Assembly: GCA_010909165.1 (NCBI GenBank)
Contig: VJWM01000289.1
Coordinates: forward strand, 61,051 to 125,050
Length of the DNA stretch: 64,000 nt
Direction: 5' to 3'
From: Anthoceros angustus
Taxonomy: Eukaryota; Plantae; Anthocerotophyta
Shown here piece after piece: positions 24,301 to 37,333 of this stretch. Position 1 is the stretch's first letter. Every line of letters begins with the position of its first letter. The notes under the pieces were generated by a model. That model saw nothing but the letters and a program-made list of their open reading frames with translations, did not search any database and had not been told where the DNA came from. Made by a program: the position numbers and the translations under genes.

Positions 24301-25200
24301 GGCTGGAGGGCCAAGGACACCTTGGGTTGCAACTCCAAGATGCATCGGGCGGCGGGGGTTCTCAGCGAGAATCCAAGACTTGACGAGAGGTGACGCCTCC
24401 AGCTCCGCTTGAGCGGAGGAGAATGGCGGCAGTGCGAGGAGTTCGGCGTCGCAAGGTTGCGAGGATGTGGAGGAAGGAGTCGGACGGGGATCTGCCCGCT
24501 GAGAAGGAAGTGGCGGACCTCGGGAAAGAATAGGCGGAGGAAGAAAGCCTTTGGAGGAGAGGCTACATTGCTCGTCCGGTTGCGAGGCGAAGGGAGCTCG
24601 GCTCCATGGCCCATAGGAGGCGGGCTGGAACACAGCAGGAGGAGGAGAGCGTCGGCGGCGAAGGTTGCAAGTAGCGGAGGCGGCCTTGGCGGCCTCAAGG
24701 AGTCCGCCCGCCTCGGTGGTAAGCTTGGCCGGGCAGGCGGTGGCGGGCGATGCTCGATTCTGGAGCACCTGGAGGAGGAGTGGTGCTCGGGCTCATGTGG
24801 AGGAGGCGATTGACAAGTCGATTCCGACCGCCTACTACCACCTTGAGCTCCTCAAGGCTCTGGAGGTCTGCGCCACCCTAGGCGGGAGGTGGACTTCGAG
24901 AAAGGATGGAGGAGGAGGCGAGAGGAGGAGGCGGAGGCCCAGCGGGCGGAGGAGGAGGAGTCCTAGGGCTTGTTTGGCGGCCAGGCGGGAGGAGGCAGGA
25001 GGAGGAAGGAGTCGCCACAGGAGGTAAGCACTCGGCACCCTCGCATGGAAGGAAGGAGGATCTTGGAGGAAGGGAAAGGTGCAATCGGGCATTCGGGAAC
25101 CAAGGGAGGGTGTGGCGCGACTTTCGCGTGTGACCCGGTAGCGCCACAATCCGTGTGTCGTTGTAGGAAGAAGTCCGTTCCCAAAGGGAATGATAGGCTC
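21350..25200 (+). mobile_element. GC-rich multi-ORF repeat family, plus-strand copy: upstream spacer, MAPK-start ORF (~21980), then a Glu/Arg-rich coiled-coil-like ORF with an internal ~508-bp duplication
   Basis: Homologous segments recur at 36200-36870 (-), 38550-39560 (-), 40590-41250 (-) and 56400-58200 (-). GATCGCGATCACTATCGGCGTG occurs at ~23628 and ~24136. Confidence 0.7.
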
Positions 25201-26816
25201 CGTTTACGCGTTTGGTGATTCTTCCCGTCCTTAGCGCTCGTTCGGTCTCAACACACACATACTCCTAACTACTCTGGCGTTCACCGTCTGAGGCCGGTAT
25301 GGCCAAGCGTTTAAGGACCCGTTCGCGTCCGTATCGTTCATACATCCTCACGCATCGATCCTTTCCTCTCTCCCTCACGCTACACTCTTGATCTTAGAAA
25401 GGCGGGTTCTGTGATCCGGACCTCCTCCGTTCGCGGGCCTCTCCGTCCGGGCTCTACGCCCTCCGGAGTTCCTCCGGCTCACGTTCGATCAGGTCGGTGG
25501 GGCGCGGCTCGGGCGAGCTCAGTCACCCTTCCTGCACACACCACAGCGTTAAGAGTCACGGGACCTTGATCAATCTCCCGGAGGCGTGCACCTTTCGGTG
25601 ACTCGGGACTCACGTTAGCAAGAAGACTCACAAAGGTGCAGCAGCGGCATCAACACCAAGAAAGATGCTTTACTAGGCCTCGGCCCTCTTATCTGCGCCC
25701 AAGGTGGCGTCTTTATTACACCCCTATTACGGTGATAGCCCATTTCGGTATACCTAATCGACGCCTACCATCCTATTTCCCCTATCTCCCATCTCCTTGT
25801 GAAATTTGGGAAGGTCACAGGCCGCCTCGGAATGGGTGGTCAATCCCCGTCTGGCGGTTGTCGCAATCGGATGATCCGTGAGGCGGGGCCCCTCCTCTCC
25901 CGGAATCACAGCCGGGTTGGGCTCTGGTGATCGACAGCCGCGTCATCCTCCTGGCCTCCACAGGTCCTTGGCGGTGGGGCCACCACTATCTGCTCCCCTA
26001 AGCGTAAGTCGAAGGGGCTCCTCCTTCTTGCGGTCCGGTCCTCGAGGTCTGTCTCGACTCCGAACTTGAGTCGGCTTATTCACAGGTCCGGCTAGGTCGT
26101 CGGTCCGGACCTCGGTCGGTTCAGGTCCGGACTTGAGTCCGGACTTATTCCGGACTTGGTCGGACTTATTAGTCCGGACTTGGTCGGCCTCCCTCGGGGT
26201 CCGGACAAAGTCGGACTCACGCCCACCGGGTTTCCTCCCTCAGGACTCCTCCGTGGCTCTCCTCGAAGTCCTTCGCTGTTCCCGATCGCCCGGTGACTCC
26301 CGTTGGCCCCTCCTTCCATGGTGAGGTGCGGGGTGACCTCGATCGCATCCGCGCTCCCTCGTTACGCTCCTCGGTTGCTCCTCTCCGCTCCGTCATCTCA
26401 AGCAGGGGCCACTAGGGTCCTGTCTTGTCCCGTGGCCTTCATCTCCTTGAGCCTTCCGGGGGTCTCAGTTCGGTCGAGGCTTCTCGCCTTGGGAGCTCGG
26501 CGTGGTAATAGGCAAAAATCGACTTGTTGGTGCCTCTTCCACGTGTGCGGGCACCGATACTCCCTCGCCATAAGTGTTAGGCGTCTTTGCCCGGCTTGTT
26601 GGGCCACCTCTCTGCCCGGTTGTGGTGGGCGGGTATCACGCGAGGCTACAAGGCGGCCTCGGTCACCTCCTGCATTGCCTGTTGCTCCACTGCTCCGGCT
26701 CCGTCGTTTCCTCTCCATTGCCGACTTACCGCCATAGGCGTTCCCTTCCGCCTTTCTCGGTGGACCGGCTTCTTTTACTTCCGGTGCTCGCTCCTCCGTT
26801 CATTACGGCCTTTAGC
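25200..26816 (-). mobile_element. Same family: LTR-like segment (25200-25800), TCCGGA array and coiled-coil ORF tail
   Basis: Re-copied at ~27500-28730 and partly at 29565-30180 and 32520-33140. A purine tract GGGAGAGGAGGGG lies on the minus strand near 25890. LTR identity is unproven. Confidence 0.55.
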
Positions 26817-28387
26817 TCATGACTCAGAGAGGCAAGCCCGCACCAGAATCGCTGACGCCAGCCATGGCCGCCACGCTAAACCCTGGAGATGGAGATGGAG
26901 GCAGCTAGTCGTCGAAGTCGCGCCAAGGAGAGTGCCTGCAGCTATCTTAGAAACTCAAGTGCTTTCGTTGTTCCAGCCAGATTTGGGCTCAAGGGTTGCA
27001 AGAGGTAGCAGGCGGCCTTGGCCTCAAGGAGTCCGCCCGCCTCGGTGGTAAGCTTGGCAGGAGGCAGGCGGTGGGCGATCTGCTCGATTCTGGAGCACCT
27101 CTGGAGGAGAGTGCGGTGCTCGGGCTCATGTAGAGGAGGCGATTGACAAGTCGATTCCGACCGCCTACTACCAGCTCCTCAAGGCTCTGGAGGTCTGCGC
27201 CACCCTAGGCGGGAGGTGGACTTCGAGAAAGGATGGAAGGAGGCGAGAGGGCGGACCGGGGCAGCCTGACACAGGAGTCCTAGGGCTTGTTTGATGACAG
27301 CGTGGCGAGGAGGAGGAGGAGGAAGGAGGAGGAAGTCGCTGCAGGAGGTAAGCACTCGGCACCCTCGCATGGAAGGAAGAGGAGGATCTTGGAAGGAAGG
27401 AAAGGTGCAATCTGGGAACCAAGGAGGGTGTGGCGCGACTTTGCGATGCGGCCAGCTGGCGCACAATCCGTGTCGTTGTAGGAAGAAGTCCGTTCCCAAA
27501 GGGAATGATAGGCTCCGTTTACGCGTTTGGTGATTCTCTGTCCTTAGCGCTCGTTCGGTCTCAACACACATACTCCTAACTTCTCAGCGTTCACCGTCTG
27601 AGGCCGGTATGGCCAAGCGTTTAAGGACCCGTTCGTATCGTTCACATCCGTCCCTCACGCATCGATCCTTTCCTCTCCCTCACGCTACACTCTTGGTCTT
27701 AGAAAAAGCGCGGTCTGATCCGGACCTCCTCGTCGTTCCGGCCTCTCGTCCGGGCTCTACACGCCCTCCGGAGTTCCTCCGGCTCACGTTCGATCAGTTC
27801 GGTGCGGGCCGTCCGGGACCGTCACGGTCACCCTTCCTGCACACACCACAGCGTTAAGTCGTCACGGGACCTTGATCAATCTCCCGGGCGCCGTGCACCT
27901 TTCGGTGACTCGGGACTCACGTTAGCAAGAAGACTCACAAGGTGCAGCAGCGGCATCAACACCAAGAAAGATGCTTTACTAGGCGGCCTCGGCCCTCTTA
28001 TCTGCGCCCAAGGTGGCGTCTTTATTACACCCCTATTACGGCGATAGCCATTTCGGTATACCTAATCGGCCGCCTACCATCCTATTTCCCCCCTATCTCC
28101 CCATGTTGTAGGTGGGAAGGTCACAGGCCCGCCTCGGAATGGGTGGTCAATCCCCGTCACAGCGGTTGTGGTGCACCCAATCGGATGATCCGTGGTGGGG
28201 CCCCTCCTCTCCCGGAATCACAGCCGGGTTGGGCTCGTCGGTCGACAACGCCCGTTACCGGCGTCATCCTCCTGGCCTCCCCACAGGTCCGCCGGTGGGG
28301 CCACTATCGGCTCCCCTAAGCGTAAGTCGAAGGGGCTCCTCCTTCTTGCCGCGATCCGGTCCTCGAGGTCTGTCTCGACTCCGAACT

Positions 28388-28726
28388 TGAGTCCGGACTT
28401 ATTCTGGTCCGGACTTGGTCCGGACTTGGTCCGGACTTATTCTGGTCCGGACCTCGTCGGTCGGACTTATTAGTCCGGACTTGGTCCGGACTTATTAGTC
28501 CGGACTTGAGGTCGGACTTATTCTGGTCCGGACTTGGTCCGGCCTCCTCTGGGGTCCGGACAAAGTCGGACTTATTCTGGTCCGGACTTGAGTCCGGACT
28601 TGAGTCCGGACTTATTAGTCCGGACTTGAGTCCGGACTTATTCTGGTCCGGACTTGAGTCCGGACTTATTCTGGTCCGGACTTGAGTCCGGACTTGGTCC
28701 GGACTTGGTCCGGACAAAGTCGGACT
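28388..28726. repeat. Array of about 20 GTCCGGAC palindromes with short spacers (TTG, TTGA, TTATTCTG, TTATTA). Shorter versions at 26091-26215 and 32346-32535.
   Basis: Directly visible. Confidence 0.95.
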
Positions 28727-29564
28727 TCCTCCGGCTCATACAGCAGCGTTGCAGCCACAGCAACGCTGATCCAACAAGTTTGGGGTTTCCAACCTTCCAG
28801 GGTCATAGCGCCCGCGTTACAGGTCGGTTGCCGTTGATTCTTATACCAAACTGCTCGCCTTGATGAGGCGAGTCTAATGGTATACTGTGTGTCCAATTTG
28901 GAGCCCTATCCAGGGACTGATTGCGTTTGAAAGTTTCGAACAGCAGGGTTTTGCTCTTGCTGCATTTGCTTTGATTTTCAATCTGGCATCGCGAGTGAGC
29001 GAGGCCGTGCTGCAAGCTTTGCATGTGAGCTGGAGTTTTGCTGTGCTGTGTTTCTCAATCCTAGGGCAGACATAGGGGACCGTAGGTGCTGCATGATCAA
29101 AGCAGTTGAACTTTCTATTTTGTGCTCCATTCCCACCAGAGCAAAAACATCATAAAAAACACGCACTGGCGAGTGCTGCGAAATTCCTGCTCAACCTAAT
29201 GGCGGGAAGTCCTGACTATGAGTCATTTCCGCCGGCGTTTCACACCGCGGTCAAGGGAGAGACGCTGTACAAGTGTATGGAAAACCCTTCGTCTCGTATC
29301 ATGACTCAGAGAGGCAAGCCCGCACCAGAATCGCTGACGCCAGCCATGGCCGCCACGCTAAACCCTGGAGATGGAGATGGAGGCAGCTAGTCGTCGAAGT
29401 CGCGCCAAGGAGAGTGCCTGCAGCTATCTTAGAAACTCAAGTGCTTTCGTTGTTCCAGCCAGATTTGGGCTCAAGGGTTGCAAGGATTGATGTTTCTGTG
29501 TCCCGCTGCAGTGCCAGGTGCGACTTACCCGACTCCAAGCTGCCTGGTGCAGGCAGCCCATCAA

Positions 29565-32500
29565 CAAAGTCGGACTCCCACCGGGTTTCCTCCCTCAGGA
29601 CTCCTCCGTGGCTCTCCTCGAAGTCCTCCTTCCCGATCGCCCGGTGACTCCTTCGTTGGCCCCTCCTTCCATGGTGAGGTGCGGGTGCTTACCTCGATCG
29701 CATCCGCTCCCTCGTTACGCTCCTCCGGTTGCTCCTCTCCGCTCCGTCATCTCAGGCCACTAGGGTCCTGTCATCCCGTGGCCTTCATCTCCTTGAGCCT
29801 TCCGGTCCGTCGGTTTCGGCCGTCGAGGCTCTGCGCCGGGAGCTCGGCGTGGTAATAGGCAAAGTCAGATCGACTTGTTGAATTGCCTCTTCCACGTGTG
29901 CGGGCACCGATACTCCCTCGCCATAAGTGTTAGGGGGCGTCTTTGCCCGGCTTGTTGGGCCACCTCTGCCCGGTTGTGGTGGGCGGGGTATCACGCGAGG
30001 CTACAAGGCGGCCTCGGTCACCTCCTGCATTGCAGCTGTTGCTCCACTGCTCCGGCTCCGTCGTTTCCTCTCCATTGACTTACCCGCCATGGCGGCGTTC
30101 CCTTCCGCCTTTCTCGGTGGACCGGGCTTCTTTTACTTCCGGTGCTCGCTCCTCCGTTCATTACGGCCTTTAGCTCATGACTCCCTCTCCGGTGATCCGT
30201 CTCACTCCGGACTTCCTCCGGCTCATACATGGCAGCAGCGTCCAACTCCTTGGATAGTCGCGATTTTCCTCCGTCTTGAGACGGGGCACTCTATTTCGTG
30301 CTCGTGGATTCTCGTTGAGAATCACTGCTGCTCGACGCATCTTGGGTTGTAGCTCCGGCGTGTCCTTCTCCTCCATCTCCTCCTTCTACCTCCTGCACTG
30401 GCTCGGAGATCTCCTATCTCCCGAGTCGGCCTCCATCTCCTCCTTGGCCTTGCACGCTCCATAGCCCTTTGTCGGCCGAGTACTGCTGTGACTCTCTCCA
30501 CGGTTCGATCTGCGTCTGGTGATCCGGTCGCTCTTTGTGACTTGCTCGCCGCCTTTACAGGCCTCGCCCACTTGGCGCTGGCCGGGCCTCGCCAGTCCCG
30601 AGCTCTCTTGTGCCGGGCCTCTTAGCCTCTGCTGCGCTTCCCCCCTTCTGCAAGGTCCTCCGCCCGCTTGGCCTCTGAGCTTGCTTGACGCCGGTGAAGA
30701 ACCTTGATCTGGCCCCGCCGGGCCTCGCGCTCCGCCACCGGCGTTTCCCTTCCTCGATCGGCGAGGACTCCGCCTTTGCCCTGGCGCCTTCACTTGCTCT
30801 TGGGTTCCACCATCCTCCTCGGGTGGCCTCCACTTCACAGGTCTTCTCTGTACCACGAGACCCCAAAGCATTCCGTCCATGGCGGACTCGCCGTGTTTCT
30901 TCCACGGCCGCAGTGAGGCCCCACAAAGTCCGTAGTGGAGCCGGCATTTCTCGTCCAGGACCTCCATACCCTTGATCCGGGAGTAAGTCGGGTGGGTTCT
31001 CGGACCTAATCGGGACCCTCGGGTCACAGTGGTGGTCAGTCTCACCCTCTTGGCCCTCTTGGCCTCTAACTCCTTTGTGCCCTCTTTCTCACAGGGCTCG
31101 GAGGAGGTGGCTACGCACCCACAGCAAGGCACCACCTCCCCGCCTCACTAGCCGCAGCAGCGTCCAACTCCTTGGATAGTCGCGATTTTCCTCCGTCTTG
31201 AGGCCGGAGGGCACTCTATTTCGTGCTCGAGTCGTGGATTCTCTCGTTGAGAATCACTGCTGCTCAGCGCATCTTGGGTTGTAGCTCCGGCGTGTCCTTC
31301 TCCTCCATCTGCTGCGCCTCTCCTCTCTACTGCTGTACTCGGGAATCTCTATCTCCCGTCTTGGCCTCCATCTCCTCCTTGGTGGCCCTTGCTCCATAGC
31401 CTTTGTCGGCCTTGAGTTAGCCTCGGTGCTGTGACTCTCTCCACGGTTCGATCACGTCATGGTGATCCGGTCGCTCTTTCGCTTGACTCGCCGCCGCCTT
31501 TACAGGCCTCGCCCACTTGGCGCTCTGGCCGCCTCCGGTCGAGCTCTCTGCTTGTGCCGGGCCTCTTAGCCTCTGCTGCGCTTCCCCCCTTCTTTGCAAG
31601 GTCCTCCGCCCGCTTGGCCTCCAGCTTGCCGATTCGGTGAGAACCTTAACCCGATCTGTGAACCGCCGGGCCTCGCGCTCCGGCGTTTCCCTTCCTCGAT
31701 CGGCGAGGACTCCGCCTTTCCTTTGCCCCAGGCGCCTTCACTTGCTCTTGGGTTCCACCATCCTCCTCGGGTGGCCTCCACTTCACAGGTCTTCTCTGTA
31801 CCAGAGACCCCAAAGCATTCCGTCCATGGCGGTAGCAGGACTTCGCCGTGTTTCTTCCACGGGCTGTGAGGCCCCACAAAGTCCGTAGTGGGGCCGGCAT
31901 TTCTCGGTCCATAGGACCTCCATACCTTGATCCGGAGTAAGTCGGGTGGGTTCTCGGACCTAATCGGGACCCTCGGGTCACAGTGGTGGTCAGTCTCACC
32001 CTCTTGGCCCTCTTGGCCTCTAACTCCTTTGTGCCCTCTTTCTCACAGGGCTCGGAGGAGGTGAGGGGTCGGGAGCAAGCTCTTTTGCCCCTTCACAGGG
32101 GGGCAGGTTTTCTGGATAGGTTCAGAGGAAAGTTTGGGAGGAGCCAACCGTGGATGAGATCAGAGCTGTTGGTACAGTTCACGGAAATTGGCTGGTGAAG
32201 CTGCGAGCTTTTGGATGAATTCCAAAATCACAAGTCCTGCTTTGGGTCCACAGGTGTCCGCCGGTGGGGCCACCACTACTCCCCTAAGCGTAAGTCGAAG
32301 GGGCTCCTCCTTCTTGCCATGACCTCGAGGTCTGTCTCGACTCCGAACTTGAGTCGGACTTATTCTGGTCGGCCCGGCTGGGTCCGACCTTGTCTGGGGT
32401 CCGGACCTCGAGGTCCGGACTTGAGTCGGACTTGGTCCGGACTTATTCTGGTCCGGACTTGAGGTCGGACTTATTAGTCCGGACTTGAGGTCCGGACCTC

Positions 32501-34055
32501 GAGGTCCGGACCTCGAGGTCGGACAAAGTCGGACTCCCACCGGGTTTCCTCCCTCAGGACTCCTCCGTGGCTCTCCTCGAAGTCCTCCTTCCCGATCGCC
32601 CGGTGACTCCTTCGTTGGCCCCTCCTTCCATGGTGAGGTGCGGGTGCTTACCTCGATCGCATCCGCTCCCTCGTTACGCTCCTCCGGTTGCTCCTCTCCG
32701 CTCCGTCATCTCAGGCCACTAGGGTCCTGTCTCCCGTGGCCTTCATCTCCTTGAGCCTTCCGGTCCGTCGGTTTCGGCCGTCGAGGCTCTGCGCCGGGAG
32801 CTCGGCGTGGTAATAGGCAAAGTCAGATCGACTTGTTGAATTGCCTCTTCCACGTGTGCGGGCACCGATACTCCCTCGCCATAAGTGTTAGGGGGCGTCT
32901 TTGCCCGGCTTGTTGGGCCACCTCTGCCCGGTTGTGGTGGGCGGGGTATCACGCGAGGCTACAAGGCGGCCTCGGTCACCTCCTGCATTGCAGCTGTTGC
33001 TCCACTGCTCCGGCTCCGTCGTTTCCTCTCCATTGACTTACCCGCCATGGCGGCGTTCCCTTCCGCCTTTCTCGGTGGACCGGGCTTCTTTTACTTCCGG
33101 TGCTCGCTCCTCCGTTCATTACGGCCTTTAGCTCATGACTCCCTCTCCGGTGATCCGTCTCACTCCGGACTTCCTCCGGCTCATACATGGCAGCAGCGTC
33201 CAACTCCTTGGATAGTCGCGATTTTCCTCCGTCTTGAGACGGGGCACTCTATTTCGTGCTCGTGGATTCTCGTTGAGAATCACTGCTGCTCGACGCATCT
33301 TGGGTTGTAGCTCCGGCGTGTCCTTCTCCTCCATCTCCTCCTTCTACCTCCTGCACTGGCTCGGAGATCTCCTATCTCCCGAGTCGGCCTCCATCTCCTC
33401 CTTGGCCTTGCACGCTCCATAGCCCTTTGTCGGCCGAGTACTGCTGTGACTCTCTCCACGGTTCGATCTGCGTCTGGTGATCCGGTCGCTCTTTGTGACT
33501 TGCTCGCCGCCTTTACAGGCCTCGCCCACTTGGCGCTGGCCGGGCCTCGCCAGTCCCGAGCTCTCTGCTTGTGCCGGGCCTCTTAGCCTCTGCTGCGCTT
33601 CCCCCCTTCTGCAAGGTCCTCCGCCCGCTTGGCCTCTGAGCTTGCTTGACGCCGGTGAAGAACCTTGATCTGGCCCCGCCGGGCCTCGCGCTCCGCCACC
33701 GGCGTTTCCCTTCCTCGATCGGCGAGGACTCCGCCTTTGCCCTGGCGCCTTCACTTGCTCTTGGGTTCCACCATCCTCCTCGGGTGGCCTCCACTTCACA
33801 GGTCTTCTCTGTACCACGAGACCCCAAAGCATTCCGTCCATGGCGGACTCGCCGTGTTTCTTCCACGGCCGCAGTGAGGCCCCACAAAGTCCGTAGTGGA
33901 GCCGGCATTTCTCGTCCAGGACCTCCATACCCTTGATCGGAGTAAGTCGGGTGGGTTCTCGGACCTAATCGGGACCCTCGGGTCACAGTGGTGGTCAGTC
34001 TCACCCTCTTGGCCCTCTTGGCCTCTAACTCCTTTGTGCCCTCTTTCTCACAGGG
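29565..34055. repeat. Near-identical direct repeat of ~1.5 kb at a 2958-bp offset (29565-31100 vs 32523-34055)
   Basis: Identical ORF-track entries are shifted by 2958 (29785/32743, 29927/32885, 30170/33128). Confidence 0.9.
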
Positions 34056-35096
34056 GGATTGACACTGCTATTAACGTGTGGAACCTGTTGGCTGAGGCAG
34101 GTTACCCAACCGATGAATGCGATGGCAAGGTCATGGATGCCATCATGAAAAAAAATGTCTTAGACGATGGGTGGATGGTAGGGCACTACCTTCCCCGCAA
34201 AGTGGCCAAGGATGCTGAGGAAGTCTCAGCATGATTAAGGTTAGAGGCTGATGCTGTTGCTTTCATCATTTCCATGTTCCATGATTTGTCTGAAATTTCT
34301 TGTTCCAGGACCTCATATTTTGGGTGCCATTGCTTTCTCCTCCTCTCCCCTCCTCCTCCTCCTCCTCCCCACTTATGAAATTGACAACACCGGTTATGAA
34401 TCTGCATACACTTTGCAGCCAATCTTTTGCTACGTTCCATTTACTACAGGAGTCCACTACTAAACATTTCACTACGAACTTTTACTATAGAATTTTACGA
34501 GCTTTTACTGTAGAATTTTTTCTACGGACTTTTACCATAGAATTTTACAACATACTTTTACTATAGAATTTTACTCGTATGTTAACCACGCTGTTTACTA
34601 CAGGATTTTACTACGAATATTTACTATAAAATATTACAGGTCTTTTCTACAACGGAGAGATTTACAACGGAATCCAGCGGAATTTACAACGGAGCCGGAT
34701 TACTTAACCGTGATTAATTAACTATGGTCAACATATGATTAACCAAACCCACTCATTTAACTGCAGTTAATATACTGTAGTTAGCTAATCTCGGTTAACT
34801 AACCATTATTTTTAACCACGATTAGGCCAAGAGTAAAGTCCGTGGTTGTTCGTTGTAGTAAATACCGTGGGTAAAAGGTTTGGTAATTTAAAGAGTAACT
34901 AGTATATGGTAGACTTCATTAACATACTCACATACTGTGATAGAACATACGTAGTATAGCCATCATATACGTATCGGACTTTTACCACCGGACACTAACG
35001 CTATGTGATTACATCGACGCTTTACCACGGGAGTAGTAAACCCGCTGTAAAGTCCAGAGTAATGTGGGTGGTAAAGTACACTTTTCCTAGTAGTGT
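34047..35096. mobile_element. Second copy of the right ~1.1 kb of the CACTA element. A third right terminus lies at ~36866-37333.
   Basis: Matches 15381-16658 and ends in ACTTTTCCTAGTAGTG. Both copies are followed by the same flank TTCGGCACAGTGACC. No left TIR is present for these copies. Confidence 0.85.
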
Positions 35097-37333
35097 TCGG
35101 CACAGTGACCGAAGATCTTAAATGCAGTGGTTCGTGGGCTACGGCGTAGAAGGATGTGGGAGTTCACCGAGGTGTGATGCGGTCGGCCGGGTTACGGCCT
35201 TTAGCTCATGACTCCCTCTCAGCGGTCGGATACCTCCGTCTCGGGACTTCCTCCGGCTCATAGCACAGCAGCGTCCAACTCCTTGGATAGTCGCGATTTT
35301 CCTCCGTCTTGAGGCCGGAGGGCACTCTATTTCGTGCTCGAGTCGTGGATTCTCTCGTTGAGAATCACTGCTGCTCAGCGCATCTTGGGTTGTAGCTCCG
35401 GCGTGTCCTTCTCCTCCATCTGCTGCGCCTCTCCTCTCTACTGCTGTACTCGGGAATCTCTATCTCCCGTCTTGGCCTCCATCTCCTCCTTGGTGGCCCT
35501 TGCTCCATAGCCTTTGTCGGCCTTGAGTTAGCCTCGGTGCTGTGACTCTCTCCACGGTTCGATCACGTCATGGTGATCCGGTCGCTCTTTCGCTTGACTC
35601 GCCGCCGCCTTTACAGGCCTCGCCCACTTGGCGCTCTGGCCGCCTCCGGTCGAGCTCTCTGCTTGTGCCGGGCCTCTTAGCCTCTGCTGCGCTTCCCCTT
35701 CTTTGCAAGGTCCTCCGCCCGCTTGGCCTCCAGCTTGCCGATTCGGTGAGAACCTTAACCCGATCTGTGAACCGCCGGGCCTCGCGCTCCGGCGTTTCCC
35801 TTCCTCGATCGGCGAGGACTCCGCCTTTCCTTTGCCCCAGGCGCCTTCACTTGCTCTTGGGTTCCACCATCCTCCTCGGGTGGCCTCCACTTCACAGGTC
35901 TTCTCTCTGTACCACGAGACCCCAAAGCATTCCGTCCATGTAGCAGGACTCGCCGTGTTTCTTCCACGGCCGCGGTGATGAGGCCCCACAAAGTCCGTAG
36001 TGGGGCCGGCATTTCTCGTCCAGGACCTCCATCTGATCGGAGTAAGTCGGGTGGGTTCTCGGACCTAATCGGGACCCTCGGGTCACAGTGGTGGTCAGGA
36101 GTCTCACCCTCTTGGCCCTCTTGGCCTCTAACTCCTTTGTGCCCTCTTTCTCACAGGGCTCGGAGGAGGTGAGGGGTCAGGGAGCAAGCTCTTTTGCCCC
36201 TTCACAGTCGGGGGCAGGGGCCGGCTCGTGGGGCTGCGCGGTGACCTCCTGCTCCTTGGGCCACGTCCCTTCGCCCTCCTTCGCCTCTTGACCTCTTGCC
36301 ACTCAGGTGGGCGGGGTAAGTCTGGCACCTGAGGTCTTTGCGTTGGTAAGCGGCACCGTCTTCGCCTCTTGACTCCCGTTGAGTTCGTCGGGGCTCGGCG
36401 GCCGTCGTGGTTGTTAACTGCAGCCGGTCAGCCGCGCCGACGACTCCCTCACTGTCTTGCTCGGAGGGCACCAAAAGGAGGAAGGGAATCGCCTCCCAAA
36501 CTTCCACAGGTGGTGAGGGGTTCGCTCGGCGTATGAGTCAGGAATCCTCGGTCGTCCTCCTCCGAGTCGCTTGGTCTTGAAGGGCGACCCCCACCTCAGG
36601 CGCCCTTGCACGCTCTACTTGGCGGGGCCTCCGGCCCGGGCGCCCGTTCAAGCTCTCCCTCCTTGAGAGCTCGAAATGTCCCCATACATGAATCGGTATG
36701 GGGTCGGCCGATGGCGAGGCTTCTCGCTCCTTAGCTTGCGTGCCTCTGGCCAGGCAGGCGAAGATAATCCTTCCCAGTCGCTCTCTTCCCCATTGGGCGC
36801 ATGCGAGAATACCAGAGTTATCACCAAGGTGATCCACCTTGGTGGCGAGTTCAATGGACAATGATCCGGGCTACAGGGTCTTTTCTACAACGGAGAGATT
36901 TACAACGGAATCCAGCGGAATTTACAACGGAGCCGGATTACTTAACCGTGATTAATTAACTATGGTCAACATATGATTAACCAAACCCACTCATTTAACT
37001 GCAGTTAATATACTGTAGTTAGCTAATCTCGGTTAACTAACCATTATTTTTAACCACGATTAGGCCAAGAGTAAAGTCCGTGGTTGTTCGTTGTAGTAAA
37101 TACCGTGGGTAAAAGGTTTGGTAATTTAAAGAGTAACTAGTATATGGTAGACTTCATTAACATACTCACATACTGTGATAGAACATACGTAGTATAGCCA
37201 TCATATACGTATCGGACTTTTACCACCGGACACTAACGCTATGTGATTACATCGACGCTTTACCACGGGAGTAGTAAACCCGCTGTAAAGTCCAGAGTAA
37301 TGTGGGTGGTAAAGTACACTTTTCCTAGTAGTG

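Noticed and set aside
23271-24698. 475-aa minus ORF and the overlapping 360-431 aa ORFs as genes
   Set aside because: They are low-complexity Pro/Ser/Arg shadow frames of GC-rich, GAG-rich repeat sequence, with no domain motifs.
28388-28726. CRISPR-like repeat-spacer array
   Set aside because: The repeat is only 8-10 bp and the few 3-8 bp spacers are re-used, so this is a degenerate microsatellite.
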